A stretch of 64,000 nucleotides of DNA from an uncultured Gammaproteobacteria bacterium (GTDB lineage: Bacteria > Patescibacteriota > Patescibacteriia > Patescibacteriales > Patescibacteriaceae): positions 4,668-68,667 of the forward strand of contig CAYTLN010000002.1 in assembly GCA_964438845.1 (NCBI GenBank), given 5' to 3'. Below the pieces are notes generated by a model. It was not told the DNA's origin, did not search any database, and worked only from the letters and a program-made list of their open reading frames with translations. This document shows, piece by piece, positions 26,708 through 34,720 of this stretch (the first letter of the stretch is position 1; every line of letters starts with the position of its first letter). A program made the translations under genes and the position numbers.

Positions 26708-28994
26708 CGATATCGCTCGCTACACTATCGGCGCTCGTCTTGCGTATGCAGCCCGGACCCTTACGGTCGTGCGGTTGCTTGTCGCCATCGTATCGCTGTT
26801 CGGACGGGGAGTATTTCTCTTCGCGGATATGCTTGTCCGTTCGTTCGGCGCCGTCATCCAGCTCTTTGCCCGCAGTCTTCGCCGAACAAAACGGGCGTCG
26901 TCAGGACGTGATTTCGTTCGAGATATGGAAGCGATCGTCGCCGAAAGCGCTCGTCGCGGCGTCCGAGCTGTTCGCGAAGAAGTCCGTTCCGTCCGTCCGC
27001 CGACAGTCTCGCGTCGTACCGTCGCGTTCCGCGCTATCAATTTCGCTTTGACGTTATGCGTCGTCATGGTGCCTATCTTTTTGTATTCGCAGTGGCGCAG
27101 CCTTGATTCGACAAAGGATCGCGTCCTCTCGAAGACGATGACAGCCGTCTCTTCGCTCTTTTCCGCGGCCGGGTTGCTCGGCGAGCAGAAGTTGCCGGAA
27201 GCGGGGGACGCGTTCAGTACGGCCGCCGGCAATTTTATCGATGCAAAAGAAGAGCTTTCGGAAATCAACGGGCTGCTGCTTGAAATCGCTCGTTTCATTC
27301 CGAGTGATTCTGCTCGTCAAGCCGGAGCCAGCAGACACATCCTCGAAGCAGGCGAATTATCAGGCAAGCTCGGCGAACGGCTGACGGCGGCAATGGTTGC
27401 GCCTGCGGGGCAAACGGCAACCGTAGACTCTTTTCTTTCTAATTTCATAACTCAGGCTGAACGGGCTCTCCCTGATGCGCGTCGGCTCGAAGATGAAATC
27501 CGTCGGATCGATCCGCTCGCTGTTCCGGTGGCGTACCGGGATCAGTTCGCTGACATTGCCTCCAAAGCATCGTATCTGCCTTCGAGCCTCGAAGAAGCCA
27601 TCACTCTGGCACGGCAAGCTTCAATCTTCCTTGGCGAGCAGATGGACAAGCGCTACTTGCTCGTTTTCCAGAACAATTCCGAGATCCGCGGGTCGGGGGG
27701 CTTCATCGGCAGCTTTGCCCTTGTCGATGTGAGTCGCGGCGAAATAAAGAATCTTATCGTCCCTAAAGGCGGGAGCTACGATACCAAGGCTGGATTGACG
27801 CGGCTTGTTGCGGCGCCTGATCCGCTGCGGCTCCTTAATCCGTTATGGCATTTTTGGGATGCAAATTGGTGGCCGGATTGGCCGACAAGCGCGCGTAAGC
27901 TCCAATGGTTTTACGAGAACAGCAACGGACCGACGGTCGATGGCGTAATCAGCTTGACTCCGGATGTTATTGAGCGCCTGCTTGCCGTCACTGGTCCGAT
28001 CGATATGACGAAAGAATACGGCGTTACTATGACAGCTGAAAATTTCTGGCAGGTAACACAGACATTTTCGGAGCAAAAGCCGCACGTGACGACGGAGCCG
28101 AAGAAGATAATCGGCGACCTGATGACCAAAATCCTGGAAGAGCTGCCCAAGCGTTTGACCCCGGAAACGACCATCAAGCTGGTCGAACAGATGGAAGCGA
28201 GCCTGAATGAAAAATATATCCTCGCCTATTTCAATGATCCTGACTTGCAGGCTTCGGTCGAGCGCTTCGGCTGGGGAGGATCAGTCGCCAAAGCTGACGG
28301 AGATTACCTGATGGTCGTGAACGCGAATATCGGCGGTCAAAAAACCGACCGTGTCGTTCGACAGACGCTGCGGCATGACGCGAAAATCTTGCCCGACGGC
28401 TCGATTATTGATACGCTTACGATTATCAGAGAACATACCGGTATCAAGAACGAACTCTTTACGGGAGTCCGCAATGTCGATTGGCTTAGAGTGTATGTTC
28501 CGGAGGGAAGCGAGCTAATTTCGGCTTCCGGTTTCTCTACTCCTGACGCGTCCTATTTTCAGGAAGCGGATTCCTCATGGGAGCTTGATCCGGATCTCGC
28601 CTCAGAACGCAAGGCTCGTACGGACGAAGCTTCGGGAACGCGGATATACTCCGAACAGGGGAAGACCGTTTTTGCCAACTGGACGATGATTGATCCGGGA
28701 GAAACCGGAGTCACGACGTTTGCCTATAAGCTGCCGTTCACTGTTTCTCAGCCTGAACCTTCAGATTGGTTCGATTCGTTGTTACGACTGTTCAAGAAGG
28801 ACGAACCGCTCCGCTATCGTTTGCTCGTCCAGAAACAGCCTGGCGCTCAACCCGCGCGCCTTGAAACGAGCCTCATGACATCATTGCCGGTCGTTTGGAA
28901 TTATCCTCCCGAGGCGCGGCAAGAACAAGGAGTCTGGAGATCGTCATCTGATCTTAATGTCGATATCGTGAACACTTATTTATTCGCTCAGTAA
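26700..28994 (+). CDS. DUF4012 domain-containing membrane protein (second copy)
   Basis: Start at MPDDIARY, overlapping the GT4 stop (ATGCCTGA). YLLVFQNNSEIRGSGGFIGSFALVD and NWWPDWPTSA. Confidence 0.8.
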   Translation: MPDDIARYTIGARLAYAARTLTVVRLLVAIVSLFGRGVFLFADMLVRSFGAVIQLFARSLRRTKRASSGRDFVRDMEAIVAESARRGVRAVREEVRSVRPPTVSRRTVAFRAINFALTLCVVMVPIFLYSQWRSLDSTKDRVLSKTMTAVSSLFSAAGLLGEQKLPEAGDAFSTAAGNFIDAKEELSEINGLLLEIARFIPSDSARQAGASRHILEAGELSGKLGERLTAAMVAPAGQTATVDSFLSNFITQAERALPDARRLEDEIRRIDPLAVPVAYRDQFADIASKASYLPSSLEEAITLARQASIFLGEQMDKRYLLVFQNNSEIRGSGGFIGSFALVDVSRGEIKNLIVPKGGSYDTKAGLTRLVAAPDPLRLLNPLWHFWDANWWPDWPTSARKLQWFYENSNGPTVDGVISLTPDVIERLLAVTGPIDMTKEYGVTMTAENFWQVTQTFSEQKPHVTTEPKKIIGDLMTKILEELPKRLTPETTIKLVEQMEASLNEKYILAYFNDPDLQASVERFGWGGSVAKADGDYLMVVNANIGGQKTDRVVRQTLRHDAKILPDGSIIDTLTIIREHTGIKNELFTGVRNVDWLRVYVPEGSELISASGFSTPDASYFQEADSSWELDPDLASERKARTDEASGTRIYSEQGKTVFANWTMIDPGETGVTTFAYKLPFTVSQPEPSDWFDSLLRLFKKDEPLRYRLLVQKQPGAQPARLETSLMTSLPVVWNYPPEARQEQGVWRSSSDLNVDIVNTYLFAQ

Positions 28995-28999
28995 CAGGT

Positions 29000-30961
29000 A
29001 TGCCAAAGCCAGCAAAAAAACAAAATCAGGAAAAGGTCCGCCGTGAAAACTCAGAACTCGGAACATTCGTCGAGCATGAACTGCCGTCGGAAGCTGAGGT
29101 CAATCGTTTTGACAAGTATCTTAAAGGCAAGACAGGCAATGCCTCCGTTTCCGCCAGCCTGTCCCATATTTACCAGGACGATAACGGCCAACGGGTGAAT
29201 GTCCGTGAAATGGATATAAAAAAACGCCGCAGTCCGTTCATCCGCGCGCTTCTTATTTCAGCATATGTGCTCGGAGCCGCGCTGATAGCCGTGGGAGCGT
29301 ATTATTGGATCATCAACCGCAGCGCCGATACGTCAGCCGTAGAATTGGAAATTAGCGCCCCTGATACTATCAAGGCGAATGAGGAATTCACATATACCAT
29401 AGCGTATCGTACGCGTGAAAATATAGATATCACGAACTTGGAGATGACGGTCGTCTATCCCGAAAATTTCATTTTTTCATCGGCGGAGCCCGCCGCTAGC
29501 GAGAATGACAATAAATGGACGCTAGGCGATCTAGAGGCGCATGATAGCGGGAAAGTAACGATTACCGGCAGATTGATCGCGCGATCGGGGGATTCGAATA
29601 TACTTTTCGCCGATCTGTCATACCGTCCCGCTAAATTGACGAGTACTTTCAAGAAGTCAACCAGCAAGGATATCGTCCTTGCCGGCAGCGGACTCGACAT
29701 CGCTGCAGTCGCTCCGGGCAGCGCGCTTGTCGGACAGGAACAGACGTTGTTGGTTACGCTGTTGCCTCAAGAAACCAATTTTATCGATACGTTCTCGATC
29801 CGTCTCGAACGCTCCGAACAGCTCGCTATCGTCGAGCCGAAAGAATACCCCGCCGGGATAGAGCGAAGCGACACCGGAGTTTGGAAGGTTTCGAAGCTTG
29901 AATCCGGCAAAGAGATCCAGCTCCCGATACGGTTCAAATTTACCGATAAGAAGAATGACAAGGAAGAGCTGAAGGTGCGCTTCGATTATGAGCCGAGCGG
30001 TAGCGGCAAGCAGTATATTTTTGAGGAGAAGATCATTCCGGTCGATATCATTAAGAACAGCCTTAACTTGACGCTCGTCGCTAACGGCCAATCAGGCGAC
30101 CAGGGAGCCGATTTCGGACAGCCGGTCAATTATTCGATTTCGTATTCCAATAAGGGCGAAGAGACGATGGAGAATGTCATCATCATGGCAGTCCTTGACG
30201 GCGACGCGATCGATTGGCGCGGTATCGTCGATAAGAATAATGGCAAAGTAACCGGTTCGACGATCGTCTGGACGCAAAACGAGATACCCGCCCTCAAGGC
30301 GCTGTCCAAAGATCAAGAAGGGACGATCGATTTTACCGTGCCGATCCGGCCTGTCAGCGAAGCGACTTTGATCACGAACGCGGAAATAAAGAGCTATGCT
30401 CAGTTCGCAGTCGGAGCGAAGACCGAGGAATTGTCGCCGCAGAACGAGGCCAACCGCTCTAACCAGCTCCTCATCAAGATCAATTCGGATACGGCGATCG
30501 ACGAATCCGCGCGATATTTCGATGACGACAATATTGCCGTCGGGACCGGGCCGTTGCCGCCGCGGGTGGGTGAAACAACTACCGTGAAAGTCTATTGGAA
30601 AATCACTAACAGCCTGCATGAGCTCGGAGCTTTGCAGGTCAGGACGACGTTGCCGAGCTATATCGAATGGGATGGGAAGCAGCTCGCTGACGTAGGCGAC
30701 ATCACGTACGATCCTGAAACAAATGAAGTTACCTGGCGGATCGGCCGTTTGCCGATCTCTTCCCAGACGTTGGAGGCCGAATTCAGCATCGCTATCAAGC
30801 CGCGGGCTACCGATCGCAATAAGGTCATGATCCTGACGAACGGAACCACATTGACTGCGACGGATAATCAGACCGCTCATGAGATCAGGCAGGTCCTCAA
30901 GAGCCAGACGACTCGGCTCGAACGGGATGATATCGCCGATACGGACGGCATCGTAGAATAA
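29000..30961 (+). CDS. membrane-anchored surface protein with repeated beta-rich (DUF11/CARDB-like) modules, tentative
   Basis: 653 aa. Roughly 75-aa cytoplasmic N-terminus and one TM (LLISAYVLGAALIAVGAYYWII). Recurring segments such as DSGKVTITGRL, EGTIDFTVPIRP and TTTVKVYWKITN. Confidence 0.55.
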   Translation: MPKPAKKQNQEKVRRENSELGTFVEHELPSEAEVNRFDKYLKGKTGNASVSASLSHIYQDDNGQRVNVREMDIKKRRSPFIRALLISAYVLGAALIAVGAYYWIINRSADTSAVELEISAPDTIKANEEFTYTIAYRTRENIDITNLEMTVVYPENFIFSSAEPAASENDNKWTLGDLEAHDSGKVTITGRLIARSGDSNILFADLSYRPAKLTSTFKKSTSKDIVLAGSGLDIAAVAPGSALVGQEQTLLVTLLPQETNFIDTFSIRLERSEQLAIVEPKEYPAGIERSDTGVWKVSKLESGKEIQLPIRFKFTDKKNDKEELKVRFDYEPSGSGKQYIFEEKIIPVDIIKNSLNLTLVANGQSGDQGADFGQPVNYSISYSNKGEETMENVIIMAVLDGDAIDWRGIVDKNNGKVTGSTIVWTQNEIPALKALSKDQEGTIDFTVPIRPVSEATLITNAEIKSYAQFAVGAKTEELSPQNEANRSNQLLIKINSDTAIDESARYFDDDNIAVGTGPLPPRVGETTTVKVYWKITNSLHELGALQVRTTLPSYIEWDGKQLADVGDITYDPETNEVTWRIGRLPISSQTLEAEFSIAIKPRATDRNKVMILTNGTTLTATDNQTAHEIRQVLKSQTTRLERDDIADTDGIVE

Positions 30962-30964
30962 AAG

Positions 30965-32110
30965 ATGTTCAAGTTGATACGGAAAAGTAAGTTCTCTAAA
31001 GCGCGCCGTGGCCGTCTTAAGACAAGCCACGGTCCTTTAGAAACGCCGTTCTTCATGCCGGTCGCGACGCAGGGGACGGTCAAGTTCGCGTCGGCTGAAG
31101 ATATTCGGCGCCTCGGTTCGCCGATCTTGCTTTCGAATACGTATCATCTGATGCTCCGCCCCGGGGAAAAATATATTAAGAAGTACGGCGGGTTGCATTC
31201 ATTCATGGGTTGGGACGGCGCGATCCTGACGGATTCCGGAGGCTTTCAGGTATTCTCTTTGGCTTCCGATCGCACGAAAAGCGGCAAGAGCCTCGTAACG
31301 CTCACTTCGAAGGGAGCGAAATTCTCTTCATATGTCGACGGCTCGAAGCACTATCTTACACCGGAGCGGTCGCTTGATATCCAGGCGGCTCTCGGCGTCG
31401 ATATCGCCGTCGTCCTTGACGAGTGCGTTGCATTGCCTGCAACGCGAGAGTATTTGGAAAAATCTGTCGCTTTAACGACGGCCTGGGCCGAGCGGACGAA
31501 GAACCATCTGAAAAAGATGAAAGGCAAGAAGCCGCTCGTCTTTGCGGTCGTGCAGGGCGGAACCGAGAAGGACCTGCGCTTGCGTAGCGCCGCCGAGCTC
31601 TCCGCTATCGGATTTGACGGCTACAATATCGGCGGCCTCGCAGTCGGCGAAAGCCATGATGAGATGTATGGCGTATTGGATTATGTTACCGAAGCCTTGC
31701 CCGCCGACAAGCCCCGGTATCTGATGGGTGTCGGTTATCCGGAAAATATCATCGAAGCAGTGAAACGGGGAGTCGATATGTTCGATTGCGTCATACCGAC
31801 ACGCGAAGGCCGCCATGGCCGCTTGTTCTGCTTCAGCGCGAAGACGAAAACCGAGATCAAGCGCTTGCTCTGCTCGAAGAAAAAAGCCACGGAGAAGCTA
31901 TATGAGACCGTGACGATTACCAATGCGAAGTTCGCGCGTGATTCTCGACCGATCAGCGCGGAATCGAAAATTCCCGAATTGCGGACGTTGAGCCGAGCGT
32001 ATCTGCACTACTTGTTTAAAATAAATGAGCCCCTCGGCAAGCGTCTGGCGACTTTGAACAACCTTGAATTTTATTTGAGATTGCTCGAAGAGATACGCAA
32101 AGGAATATAA
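30965..32110 (+). CDS. tgt: tRNA-guanine transglycosylase (queuine tRNA-ribosyltransferase)
   Basis: RRGRLKTSHGPLETPFFMPVAT, LTDSGGFQVFSL, LDEC, GGLAVGES, PRYLMGVGYPE and GVDMFDCVIPTR. Confidence 0.9.
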   Translation: MFKLIRKSKFSKARRGRLKTSHGPLETPFFMPVATQGTVKFASAEDIRRLGSPILLSNTYHLMLRPGEKYIKKYGGLHSFMGWDGAILTDSGGFQVFSLASDRTKSGKSLVTLTSKGAKFSSYVDGSKHYLTPERSLDIQAALGVDIAVVLDECVALPATREYLEKSVALTTAWAERTKNHLKKMKGKKPLVFAVVQGGTEKDLRLRSAAELSAIGFDGYNIGGLAVGESHDEMYGVLDYVTEALPADKPRYLMGVGYPENIIEAVKRGVDMFDCVIPTREGRHGRLFCFSAKTKTEIKRLLCSKKKATEKLYETVTITNAKFARDSRPISAESKIPELRTLSRAYLHYLFKINEPLGKRLATLNNLEFYLRLLEEIRKGI

Positions 32111-32285
32111 AAAAGAGCGATATAGGCCTGCGCGATGCGTAAGGCTCTATTCGCTCTTTGTGATACATGGTTGCCAAGCAACTGGATCGACTGTTCGTCC
32201 CGGGCCCTTATTTCCGGGATAACGCAGCTGTCTGGAAGGCTACCGACCCTCCGTGCTCCAACCACAAACTTTTAGTGAGAACTGA
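32108..32285 (-). ncRNA. candidate small RNA of about 175 nt, unclassified
   Basis: Bounded by the minus-strand promoter at 32291-32319 and a minus-sense terminator at 32112-32159 plus its U-tract. The core is a 95-nt imperfect hairpin (32169-32263). Confidence 0.45.
32112..32159 (-). terminator. intrinsic terminator (minus sense)
   Basis: AAAGAGCGA (32112-32120) pairs with TCGCTCTTT (32151-32159). In minus sense it is followed by TTTTTTATATT, which overlaps the tgt stop codon. Confidence 0.5.
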
Positions 32286-32290
32286 AAGCG

Positions 32291-32319
32291 ATAATAACAT
32301 ATCCTTTGAAATGTGTCAA
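32291..32319 (-). promoter_or_regulatory. sigma70-type promoter (minus strand)
   Basis: Minus-strand TTGACA (32319-32314), 17-nt spacer, TGT-TATTAT (-10 at 32296-32291). Confidence 0.55.
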
Positions 32320-32396
32320 TAGTAGAGGTTGAATTAAACCGGAGATTAGATTAGGCTAACTGTATCTAACGGCTATTCGGCCATATAATCATCTTT

Positions 32397-33527
32397 ATGA
32401 AGAAAACCTTGCTTCTGCTCGCGGTGCTGATGTTCGCCCTCGCTCCGACGGTTTCGGCGGCCGATTCGCTCGGTAAGAAATTGGGCGGAAAGATATTGAT
32501 CCAGGTTGAGTCGAAGGGGGAAGCATGGTACGTCAATCCCCAAACCTCAGAACGGTATTTCCTCGGCCGTCCGGCCGATGCCTTCGGCGTCATGAAGAAA
32601 CTCGGTCTCGGCGTCTCCAATAAAGATTTCGCTTCATTCGAAAAAAAAGCGCCGAAATCGCTTTCGGGAAAGATCCTGATCAAGGTCCAAGACAGCGGCA
32701 AGGCATATTACGTCTTTCCGGATACATTCAAGCTCCACTTCCTCGGTCGTCCTGAAGACGCCTTTAAGGTGATGCGGGAGCTCGGTCTCGGTATCTCGAC
32801 TAAGGACCTCGAGTCTATCAAGATGGCGAAAGATTCGGCCGATCCGAAGAAGGTGACGACTCCTCCCGTTACGCCTCCCGTGACCCCGCCGGTCACGCCA
32901 GCCGCCGATCCCCTCGTGGAGATGGAGAAGCAGAACAGGGGGGTAGTAATGGTCGCGTGTGTCAACGAGCAGGAAGAGACGATAACTCGCGGCAGCGGAT
33001 CGCTCGGCCATATCGACGGTGTGGGCTATGTCGTGCTAACGAACGATCATGTCATTACGACCGGAGTCTGCGCGATCGGCTCGATCGATATCAACCCGCA
33101 TATGATCGACGTCGAGAACCAGATGGAAGCGAATAGCGATTCCGATTCGACGTTCGTCCCGATTATCGAACCCGACCAGGCGCTCACCCAGCTTATCGAT
33201 GCCATTCCCGATATCGATACTTGTTCATCTGACTTGGCCATCGGTACCACCGTCTATGCGACCGGTTATCCGTTTTATGCCAACGATGCCCGTATCACCA
33301 CGAGCGGCGCTATCAGCGGACGGACATTCCTCGGCAACACTCCTCATCCGAACTATTTCATAACGGCGCGGATCGATCTCGGCAACTCCGGCGGCGCCGC
33401 TTTTGCCTGGTCGGACAATAAGCTGTGCTTCCTCGGCGTCCCGACCTGGCTCGCCGAAGGCACGTATGAGAATTCGGGCGTCGTGCAGAATTTCTGGAAT
33501 ATCCTGCAGAACGGCGGCAGCTATTAA
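32397..33527 (+). CDS. secreted trypsin-like (S1) serine protease with a duplicated N-terminal module
   Basis: Signal peptide MKKTLLLLAVLMFALAPTVSA. Two roughly 60-70-aa repeats and a (TPPV)3 linker. Catalytic contexts LTNDHV, SDLAIG and GNSGGAAF. Confidence 0.75.
   Translation: MKKTLLLLAVLMFALAPTVSAADSLGKKLGGKILIQVESKGEAWYVNPQTSERYFLGRPADAFGVMKKLGLGVSNKDFASFEKKAPKSLSGKILIKVQDSGKAYYVFPDTFKLHFLGRPEDAFKVMRELGLGISTKDLESIKMAKDSADPKKVTTPPVTPPVTPPVTPAADPLVEMEKQNRGVVMVACVNEQEETITRGSGSLGHIDGVGYVVLTNDHVITTGVCAIGSIDINPHMIDVENQMEANSDSDSTFVPIIEPDQALTQLIDAIPDIDTCSSDLAIGTTVYATGYPFYANDARITTSGAISGRTFLGNTPHPNYFITARIDLGNSGGAAFAWSDNKLCFLGVPTWLAEGTYENSGVVQNFWNILQNGGSY
32859..32900 (+). repeat. in-frame 12-nt tandem repeat encoding (TPPV)x3
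   Basis: ACTCCTCCCGTT ACGCCTCCCGTG ACCCCGCCGGTC ACGCCA, inside the protease gene. Confidence 0.9.
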
Positions 33528-33536
33528 GGATTGAGT

Positions 33537-34136
33537 ATGCCTCTTCGACTCGCGCGGCTGCTCGCGATCATAGTTGTCGTCGGTTTGGCAGCTATCGGAT
33601 TCTCTCAACTCTTTTTCCATCCGGCGACTATTTCACCGGCTGAGGCGGCGCGTTCAACGCTCGACTTTATTGAAAAGCAGGCTAAGGAGATCAAGAGCAA
33701 GCTTACTTCCGGAACGGCCGGAGAGTATATATATGGTGATTTGATCGGAGTGAAAGAAGTCATTGACGGCGATACCATCGTCCTCGATAACGGCGAGAAA
33801 GTCCGTTACATCGGCGTCGATACGCCGGAGCTTGATGATAATACGAAAGGACTCGAATGCTACGGCATCGAAGCGACAGAAAGGAATCGAGATTTAGTAA
33901 AGGGCAAGCAGGTCCGCCTGTTCAAGGATGTCAGCGAACGCGACCGGTATGGGCGCTTATTGGCATATGTATATCGCGATGACGGAGTATTTGTGAATTA
34001 TGAATTGGTCAAAGGCGGCTTTGCCGTCGCTGCCGCCTATCCGCCGGATGTGCAGAAGGCAGAACTGTTTTCAGTCATGGAACGCGAAGCCCGGGCCGAT
34101 AAGACGGGCATGTGGGGCAATTGCAATAAAAAATAA
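33537..34136 (+). CDS. thermonuclease (SNase-like)
   Basis: ATG lies 6 nt after AAGGA. N-terminal TM. VIDGDTIVL, VRYIGVDTPE and RDRYGRLLAYVY. Confidence 0.88.
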   Translation: MPLRLARLLAIIVVVGLAAIGFSQLFFHPATISPAEAARSTLDFIEKQAKEIKSKLTSGTAGEYIYGDLIGVKEVIDGDTIVLDNGEKVRYIGVDTPELDDNTKGLECYGIEATERNRDLVKGKQVRLFKDVSERDRYGRLLAYVYRDDGVFVNYELVKGGFAVAAAYPPDVQKAELFSVMEREARADKTGMWGNCNKK

Positions 34137-34138
34137 AA

Positions 34139-34165
34139 GCCCCCGTACATAGTACAGGGGTTGAT
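34139..34165. terminator. bidirectional intrinsic terminator
   Basis: CCCCGTAC pairs with GTAC(A)GGGG. Plus sense is followed by TTGATTT. Minus sense is followed by CTTTTATTTTTT, the stronger U-tract. Confidence 0.55.
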
Positions 34166-34414
34166 TTACCTCGCAAAATAGCAACTGATGCCGCAGATCC
34201 TGAGCTATTGCTCAGATGGCACTCACTCTTCCCAGTTGTAATTCCAAGTCGAGTTGGTTCGTCTTCCGGCTTTCCGGGTATATAGATCGGGAACGTGTAA
34301 GTCCCGATGCTATAGAGACGAGAGGGTTATGGGCCCTGCTACCAAGATGTCTTTTACAGAGGTGCAACTTTTTGAGAATACCGGCCGTACTGCCGTGCCG
34401 GATTTTTTGCTTTT
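34166..34414. ncRNA. structured non-coding segment, strand and identity unresolved
   Basis: Y-shaped domain closed by CGTCT (34260-34264) and AGACG (34316-34320), holding CCGG-CTTT-CCGG and a 12-bp hairpin. Plus-sense terminator-like CCGGC...GCCGG (34381-34401) followed by ATTTTTTGCTTTT. Confidence 0.3.
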
Positions 34415-34685
34415 AGATAAAAAGCGGTGCCTCATCGCAAGCACCCGCTCACCTCAGCTATAGCAGCTAAAGGGTTTCGTCTGTTCATAGTATTCTAAGG
34501 AACAAAATAAAGCGAAAGCTCGAAACAAGATGAAGAGTGTTTGCGACTGCTCTATTACTGAGCCTGACTGCGGGCGATGTCTGAGCCGCTCAGGGGCTCC
34601 CCCTTGTCCAGCACACCCTATGCTGTGTACCGGAACGCAACGACGTAGGCCGCCGGCCATGGATCGTTGCCGCTCCCAAAGAACT
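34415..34685 (-). ncRNA. candidate structured RNA of about 270 nt, or about 545 nt if it reads through to 34140; unclassified
   Basis: Lies downstream of the minus promoter at 34692-34720. Stems: GCAACGA/TCGTTGC (34637-34670), CAGCA/TGCTG, and GTTTCG/CGAAAC (34474-34526) enclosing a GAAA tetraloop hairpin. Minus-sense terminator hairpin at 34424-34448 plus a U-run. Confidence 0.4.
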
Positions 34686-34688
34686 GGC

Positions 34689-34717
34689 TTGATATTATCC
34701 CTAAAAGCCGATAGAGT
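34689..34717 (+). promoter_or_regulatory. candidate alaS promoter giving a leaderless or near-leaderless mRNA
   Basis: TTGATA (34689-34694), 17-nt spacer, TAGAGT (34712-34717). The ATG lies 8 nt downstream with no SD. Confidence 0.4.
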
Positions 34718-34720
34718 CAA
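34692..34720 (-). promoter_or_regulatory. sigma70-type promoter (minus strand)
   Basis: Minus-strand TTGACT (34720-34715), 17-nt spacer, TAATAT (34697-34692). Confidence 0.5.

Noticed and set aside
32169-32263. Small SRP (4.5S) RNA, suggested by the roughly 95-nt hairpin with paired ends.
   Set aside because: Neither orientation has the conserved helix-8 core (GNRA tetraloop flanked by GGUCC...GGAAGCAGC). The apical loop is 8-10 nt. It is kept only as an unclassified sRNA candidate.
34166-34685. RNase P RNA (rnpB). Minus-sense stretches resemble M1 RNA segments: CAUAGGGUGUGCUGG, AAUAGAGCAGUCGCAAAC and GGUGAGCGGGUGC...GAUGAGGCACCGC. Plus-sense AAAGAACUGGCUUGA resembles CR-V.
   Set aside because: The near-universal CR-I GGAAAGUCC is absent on both strands; the best match is GUGUAAGUCCC, which lies inside a local hairpin. 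The CR-I-like and CR-V-like pieces lie on the opposite strand from the other resemblances. I could not build P1/P2/P4 pairings. A covariance-model search is needed before any call.
34415-34685. tmRNA (ssrA). Minus-sense AAUAGAGCAGUCGCAAAC resembles the E. coli resume-codon context AAUAGUCGCAAAC.
   Set aside because: Neither strand has a tRNA-like T-arm (GGUUCGAnUCC) or a complementary acceptor 3' end. The frame from GCA AAC gives ANTLHLVSSFRFILFLRIL, which is unlike known tags that end in hydrophobic/Ala-Ala.
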